From Bdellovibrionota bacterium (GTDB taxonomy: Bacteria > Bdellovibrionota_C > UBA2361 > JBGSMV01): a stretch of DNA of 64,000 bases. The first letter of the stretch is position 1. The number at the start of each line of letters is the position of its first letter. Shown here one piece after another: positions 59,510 to 64,000 of this stretch. The position numbers were made by a program, and so were the translations under genes. A model generated the notes under the pieces. That model searched no databases. It worked only from the letters and a program-made list of their open reading frames with translations, and was not told where the DNA came from. The stretch lies in NCBI GenBank assembly GCA_041739995.1, contig JBGSMV010000040.1, forward strand, positions 64,001 to 128,000. The letters are read 5' to 3'.

Positions 59510-61714
59510 ATGACCTCGAACAGTAAAGCGACTCAGATCATGAGCAGATCTGCGCTTTTGGGCAGCGATGATCCTGCACGAAGCGTGATGAAGCTTATCG
59601 AACAAGGCGAAGAGCCGCGCCGAATATTCGCGCATATCACCGAGTGTGCGCGGCAACTTACCGACGCCCGTTCGTGCGCCATTCTTCTTCCTGTAGAGCG
59701 CGGACCCGCTCAACGAGAGGTGGTGGCGCTGTCCGGAGATTTCGAAGAACAAGCACTGGAGATGATCGAAGATTCTCCCGGCGGAGGCGTGGGAGGCAAC
59801 TATCAAGTCTACGGATCGTACCACTACTATGACGTGGTGTGCCTTGGCGCCCCAATAGGATCCTTGGCACTTATTGATCCGCAAAAAATTGGCGCTGCCG
59901 AGCTGATCATTCTTGGCGACCTGGCACATCACACTGGCGTAGCCTTCGAACGTCAACGCCTCTCCAGTCACCTACAGATATTTCTAGATCGACTTGAGAC
60001 ACTCAATGAACTCAATCAGCTGATCGCAAGCAATGCCGGCTTAAAGAGAATCGTTAAGAATTTGGCTCGAGAGAGCGCGTTTCGATTTGCCGCCGACGTG
60101 TCGATTGCCTTTATTCTGAACGAAGAGAGAAACGTATTAGAGCCTCGTGGCGGCTACGGATACCCCCCCGCAATGCTTCCGCCAGAGTTCCCACTGACAC
60201 TAGGCACTTTGGCGCAGGTAATGCGTGTGGGTGGTCACATTTCAATTCCTAACTTGCAATCACAGACTGGGCACGCATTGGATAAGCTCGAAGAAGCTGG
60301 CATCAAGTCAGTCGACGTGTGTTGTCTTGAGGTCCGAGGAGAACCGCTTGGCGCTCTCTTGATTGGCTACCGCCGAGAGACGGCCCTCTCCCACGATGAT
60401 TTCATGAGATTCGAAGAATTCTGTCAGGGAGCTGCCGTCGCGATCGCGAACGCCAGAACTCAGGAACGCATTCAGTCTTATACTGAGCGTCTCGAAGAAC
60501 TCGTAGAGCAACGCACTACAGAACTCGCGATCCAAACCTCAAAAGCTCAAGACGCCAATCAGGCCAAGTCAAGATTTCTGGCCAATATGAGTCACGAGTT
60601 GCGTACTCCGTTAACGGCGATAGTGGGCTATTCGAGCGTGCTTGCCGACGGCATTTTTGGTGAAATGACCGAAAAGCAAAAGGATGCTCTCGGCGCCATT
60701 ACTCGTTCAAGTGAGCATCTTAAAAACCTAATTGATGATGTGCTGAATCTGGCGAGAATTGAGTCAGGAAAAGAAGATCCAGAGCCAACGCGCGTCGCTA
60801 TTAAGGACCTCCTCCCCCACGCGCATAAGCTCATGATGCAGACCGCGATCGGAAAGGGCGTCACCTTACAACCAATTCAGGTACTCGAAGACATTGCTTC
60901 AAAGGCACTGTGGGTCGATCAAAAACATATTCATCAGATCATCATCAACATGATGTCGAATGCGGTAAAATATACCCCGCGCGGCGGAAAGGTTTGGATT
61001 TCTGTCGATGAACTGGGAGACAAATTGCGCATCAGCGTCCACGATAGCGGCGTTGGGATTCCCCCAAGCAAGCTCGCCAAACTGTTCGAGCGCTTTGAGC
61101 GTGGCGAAGATGCTTACAGCAAATCGCAAGAAGGCACTGGCATCGGACTCAACCTCACCCGCCATCTTGTAGATATCAATGGCGGCCGAATCGGCGTCGA
61201 AAGCACTGAAGGCAAAGGCTCTACTTTTTGGATTCTCATGCCGTTGGCCGACGAGCAGAATACGAGCGTAGTCACGAAGTCGGATGTGCAACCAGGACTT
61301 CGCGCTCGACTGGACGGCCTTACTACGTTGGTAGTAGACGACAACAAAGACACCTGCGAAGTACTACGACACGTGCTTCTCGCTGCTGGAGCTACGGTAC
61401 AAACCGCCAACAGCGTGCGCGAAGGAATAGCGGCGGTCCAAGACCAGGTGCCGGACATCATCCTCACCGACCTCGCAATGCCCGGCGAAAGCGGTCTGAT
61501 CCTGATAGAGCATATCCGCAATGCCCAAGGCACACTCGCACACTTGCCCATCATGGTCTTAAGCGCCTGCGCGTTTGAGAGTGACCGTGAAGCCGCCCTT
61601 AACGCTGGTGCGTCAGTCTTTATGCCAAAGCCTTTTAAGCCCGCAGACGTGGTGAAAAGCGTGCGAGAATTGACATTAAGCTATGCCATGCGCGGCTCAG
61701 GCCACCTTTCCTAA
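59510..61714 (+). CDS. Soluble hybrid histidine kinase with GAF domains and a receiver
   Basis: Two GAF-like regions, FLANMSHELRTPL, NAVKYT, DSGVGI, GTGIGL, and a receiver (VVDD...TDLAMP...KP). Confidence 0.95.
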   Translation: MTSNSKATQIMSRSALLGSDDPARSVMKLIEQGEEPRRIFAHITECARQLTDARSCAILLPVERGPAQREVVALSGDFEEQALEMIEDSPGGGVGGNYQVYGSYHYYDVVCLGAPIGSLALIDPQKIGAAELIILGDLAHHTGVAFERQRLSSHLQIFLDRLETLNELNQLIASNAGLKRIVKNLARESAFRFAADVSIAFILNEERNVLEPRGGYGYPPAMLPPEFPLTLGTLAQVMRVGGHISIPNLQSQTGHALDKLEEAGIKSVDVCCLEVRGEPLGALLIGYRRETALSHDDFMRFEEFCQGAAVAIANARTQERIQSYTERLEELVEQRTTELAIQTSKAQDANQAKSRFLANMSHELRTPLTAIVGYSSVLADGIFGEMTEKQKDALGAITRSSEHLKNLIDDVLNLARIESGKEDPEPTRVAIKDLLPHAHKLMMQTAIGKGVTLQPIQVLEDIASKALWVDQKHIHQIIINMMSNAVKYTPRGGKVWISVDELGDKLRISVHDSGVGIPPSKLAKLFERFERGEDAYSKSQEGTGIGLNLTRHLVDINGGRIGVESTEGKGSTFWILMPLADEQNTSVVTKSDVQPGLRARLDGLTTLVVDDNKDTCEVLRHVLLAAGATVQTANSVREGIAAVQDQVPDIILTDLAMPGESGLILIEHIRNAQGTLAHLPIMVLSACAFESDREAALNAGASVFMPKPFKPADVVKSVRELTLSYAMRGSGHLS

Positions 61715-61828
61715 ACACGCGTGAGCTATACCCCCGCATAGACAATGGCCCGTAGGGACCAGGAGGATCTCGGCTCGACAATATTGTCAGGGCGTTAGAG
61801 AATGGGAGGAGTATCTTGGTAAACGGTC

Positions 61829-63415
61829 ATGGTTGATTCAAAGACAGGCGACACCCGCTCGATCTCGCGAGACGCGCTTCAGGCGGGCGGAGCGCTCTCG
61901 CCCGAAGAACTCGTCGCTAAACTTCGCTCTGCCTTGGCGCGCGATGGCGACTTTCCGGCCAGCGCAAAAGTAGTATCCGAGCTACGACAGCTGTGCAACG
62001 ATCCTAAAACGACAGCAAACCAAATCACCGAAGTAATTCTTCGTGAGCCTTCTCTCGGTACTCGCGTATTGCATTTGGTAAACAGCAGCTTCTACCGTAG
62101 AGCGAAACCAATTATGACGGTGAGCCAAGCAGTCGTGCAGATCGGCATGCGCCCGCTCGCCGAGATGTGCTCAGGCCTTGTCCTGCTACAGAAGTTTGTG
62201 CCGACCGCTCGTCAGGGCGGAGTTTTTGCAAATTGCTTGCGCAAAACAGTGCTGACCTCGTTGCTGGCGAGTTCAGTAAGTTCAGCCACGCATTCAGCCG
62301 CGGCAGCTAGCGGAGTCCCCGGCAGAACTTCGCCACGCCTAGGCTCATCGGGAAGCAAGACAGACGAATTCGGTTACCTGGCAGGCTCATTCGCTGAGCT
62401 CGGTACGCTATTGCTCGCCTTCTACTTTCCTCAGCTCTATGAAGCTGCGGTACGTAGGGCCGACTCAAAAAAAGTTCCTGTGTCTCAAGGAATAAAGGAC
62501 CTTACCGGCCTTAGCCCCATACAGCTGAGCCTTGAAGTCATAGACGCACTAAACCTTCCTAGTTTCTACAAGGATGTCCTGACTAGCGCTGAACAGGTCA
62601 GCGACGGCGCCTTCCTTGGTGTTGACAAAGGCCCTCCCCCGTCTATTTCAAACGTCGCGTTATCGGTAAGCGCCGCCTCAGGTATTTCTCAAGCATTGGT
62701 CTCAGGCAAGACTCGCCAAGAGCTCGATGCGGTATTGGCTAAGGTCAAGGCTTCCACTGGGATTGACCCAAAAGTACTTGGGAAAGTCGTGGGAGATTTG
62801 CCGACCATTTTCAAAGATCACTGTATTTCGCTCGATCTTCAGCTACCTGCGCTTCCTGAATTTGTAGCGTCTTTTGCTAGCGATCAAAAGTCGGCGGAAG
62901 GGGGCGGCACTGGGAAGGTAGAGTCTGATGAAGAGCAAGTCTTCAACCAATTCGTGAGTGAAATTCGTCAGGCAGTAGAAGGACGAGAACCCACGTCCTC
63001 TGTCATTACCAGCGTCATGGAGACTTTCGTTTTCGGCCTGCGCTTCGATCGTGCAATTTTACTACTCATGACTCCGAACAAAACAAAGCTGATCGGCAGG
63101 CTAGCGCTGGGAAGCACCGAAGGAATTGATCCAAAGTCTCTGTCCCGCCCTTTGGGGCACGAAGCCGCATCCTCGGCACCAGACGCCCGCGCGGTTAAAG
63201 AATCGCGACCAGTGTTCTTAGGAGATCCTCTACTCGAAGGCGGATGGCCGATTTCCGTCGTCCCGATTGGCTTTGGTCCCCGTTGCGTTGGCGTTGTATA
63301 CGCCGACAGAACAGGGGCCGCAGCCGGAGATTCCAAGGAACTGAGCGCTAAGGAACAAGCTTCAATAGGCATTCTTGCCGAGCTTCTGGATCGCTCTATT
63401 TCATTACATGCCTAG
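61829..63415 (+). CDS. HDOD-domain protein with a C-terminal GAF-like region
   Basis: ILREPSLGTRVLHLVNSSFY...TVSQAVVQIG...GYLAGSFAELGTLLL; GVVYAD near the C-terminus. Confidence 0.88.
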   Translation: MVDSKTGDTRSISRDALQAGGALSPEELVAKLRSALARDGDFPASAKVVSELRQLCNDPKTTANQITEVILREPSLGTRVLHLVNSSFYRRAKPIMTVSQAVVQIGMRPLAEMCSGLVLLQKFVPTARQGGVFANCLRKTVLTSLLASSVSSATHSAAAASGVPGRTSPRLGSSGSKTDEFGYLAGSFAELGTLLLAFYFPQLYEAAVRRADSKKVPVSQGIKDLTGLSPIQLSLEVIDALNLPSFYKDVLTSAEQVSDGAFLGVDKGPPPSISNVALSVSAASGISQALVSGKTRQELDAVLAKVKASTGIDPKVLGKVVGDLPTIFKDHCISLDLQLPALPEFVASFASDQKSAEGGGTGKVESDEEQVFNQFVSEIRQAVEGREPTSSVITSVMETFVFGLRFDRAILLLMTPNKTKLIGRLALGSTEGIDPKSLSRPLGHEAASSAPDARAVKESRPVFLGDPLLEGGWPISVVPIGFGPRCVGVVYADRTGAAAGDSKELSAKEQASIGILAELLDRSISLHA

Positions 63416-63721
63416 CTTCCTCAGTTATAGGTTCATTGGAGTATCTTTCTCGCTGTGCTCACTTAATGACTCGGCACTCAATTCACTCAGTTTGATCCTG
63501 CAACCGCGACTTCGTGCCCGTTCTTTGCTGAATAATACTGCAGGAGAAGCTCTGGAGCGCCTCAACCAGAAGGGTTATGCTTGCCTCATAACCGTAAGCG
63601 CGGCATGAATAGCGCTGACCGAAGAAGGCTGGAAATCGAAACAGGGGGATCTCTCTGGCAGCCTTAGAAAGATCAGGCGCAGCATTTAGGTACTCGGCGC
63701 TGCTATTGTAGGAAGTTCATC

Positions 63722-64000
63722 ATGAGTAATCGCGTCCTAATCGTTGACGATGACCCCGCGGTACGAAATCTAGTGCGGGCAATCCTTGAAGACCTAAAAT
63801 ACGAGGTAATCGCTGCCGAGGATGGAGAGCAAGCACTTCAACTTCTGGAGGCCGAGCCAACTCCACTCAACTTTAAATTTTTCGTCCTTGATGTGGTAAT
63901 GCCCGGGATGAATGGGCTAGACCTCCTCACGCGTCTTCGCTTGCAACCGAAAACTCAATCCACCCCGGTGCTCATGCTTACTGGCGAAGACAAAGCCGAG
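63722..64000 (+). CDS. Response regulator receiver, truncated by the window edge; absent from the ORF track
   Basis: MSNRVLIVDDDPAVRNLV...VLDVVMPGMNGLDLL...PVLMLTG. Confidence 0.93.
   Translation, partial: MSNRVLIVDDDPAVRNLVRAILEDLKYEVIAAEDGEQALQLLEAEPTPLNFKFFVLDVVMPGMNGLDLLTRLRLQPKTQSTPVLMLTGEDKAE

Noticed and set aside
1..64000. CRISPR array, tRNA/rRNA genes, transposase, integrase or prophage
   Set aside because: No regularly spaced repeat-spacer units; the tandem repeats have no spacers. I found no cloverleaf, rRNA, or recombinase/phage motifs by eye.

Overview
Bacterial chromosomal window of mostly housekeeping genes. The gene content and style suggest an uncultured deltaproteobacterial or Bdellovibrionota-like organism (inference only). 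Main blocks: a partial menC at the left edge that the ORF track misses; a tandem two-domain GTP cyclohydrolase II-like protein; a metal-less PHP-fold protein; a CNNM/CorC transporter; a FadF/HdrD-like Fe-S oxidoreductase; an HU protein with a Lys/Ala tail; an isoaspartyl peptidase divergent from an ATP-grasp ligase; a complex I cluster nuoCDEFGHJKLMN lacking nuoA/B/I; a HelD-like helicase; ettA; a menFDBAE operon plus menG, with no menH; nadE; yajQ; and a yaeQ, kinase, HDOD, response regulator cluster. I saw no CRISPR array, rRNA, tRNA, transposase or prophage. The most unusual items are (1) an orphan, apparently GC-richer, transmembrane-less PilC/GspF protein whose two cytoplasmic domains look order-swapped, (2) the RibA-RibA' tandem with non-canonical active-site residues, (3) complex I oddities (NuoH insertion, NuoF Glu to Gly), (4) a ~200-nt rod-like ncRNA candidate, (5) a MITE with a CTAG target duplication plus dispersed palindromic repeats, and (6) many short tandem duplications that keep frame inside genes. 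All protein assignments come from motif recognition by eye, not from database searches.
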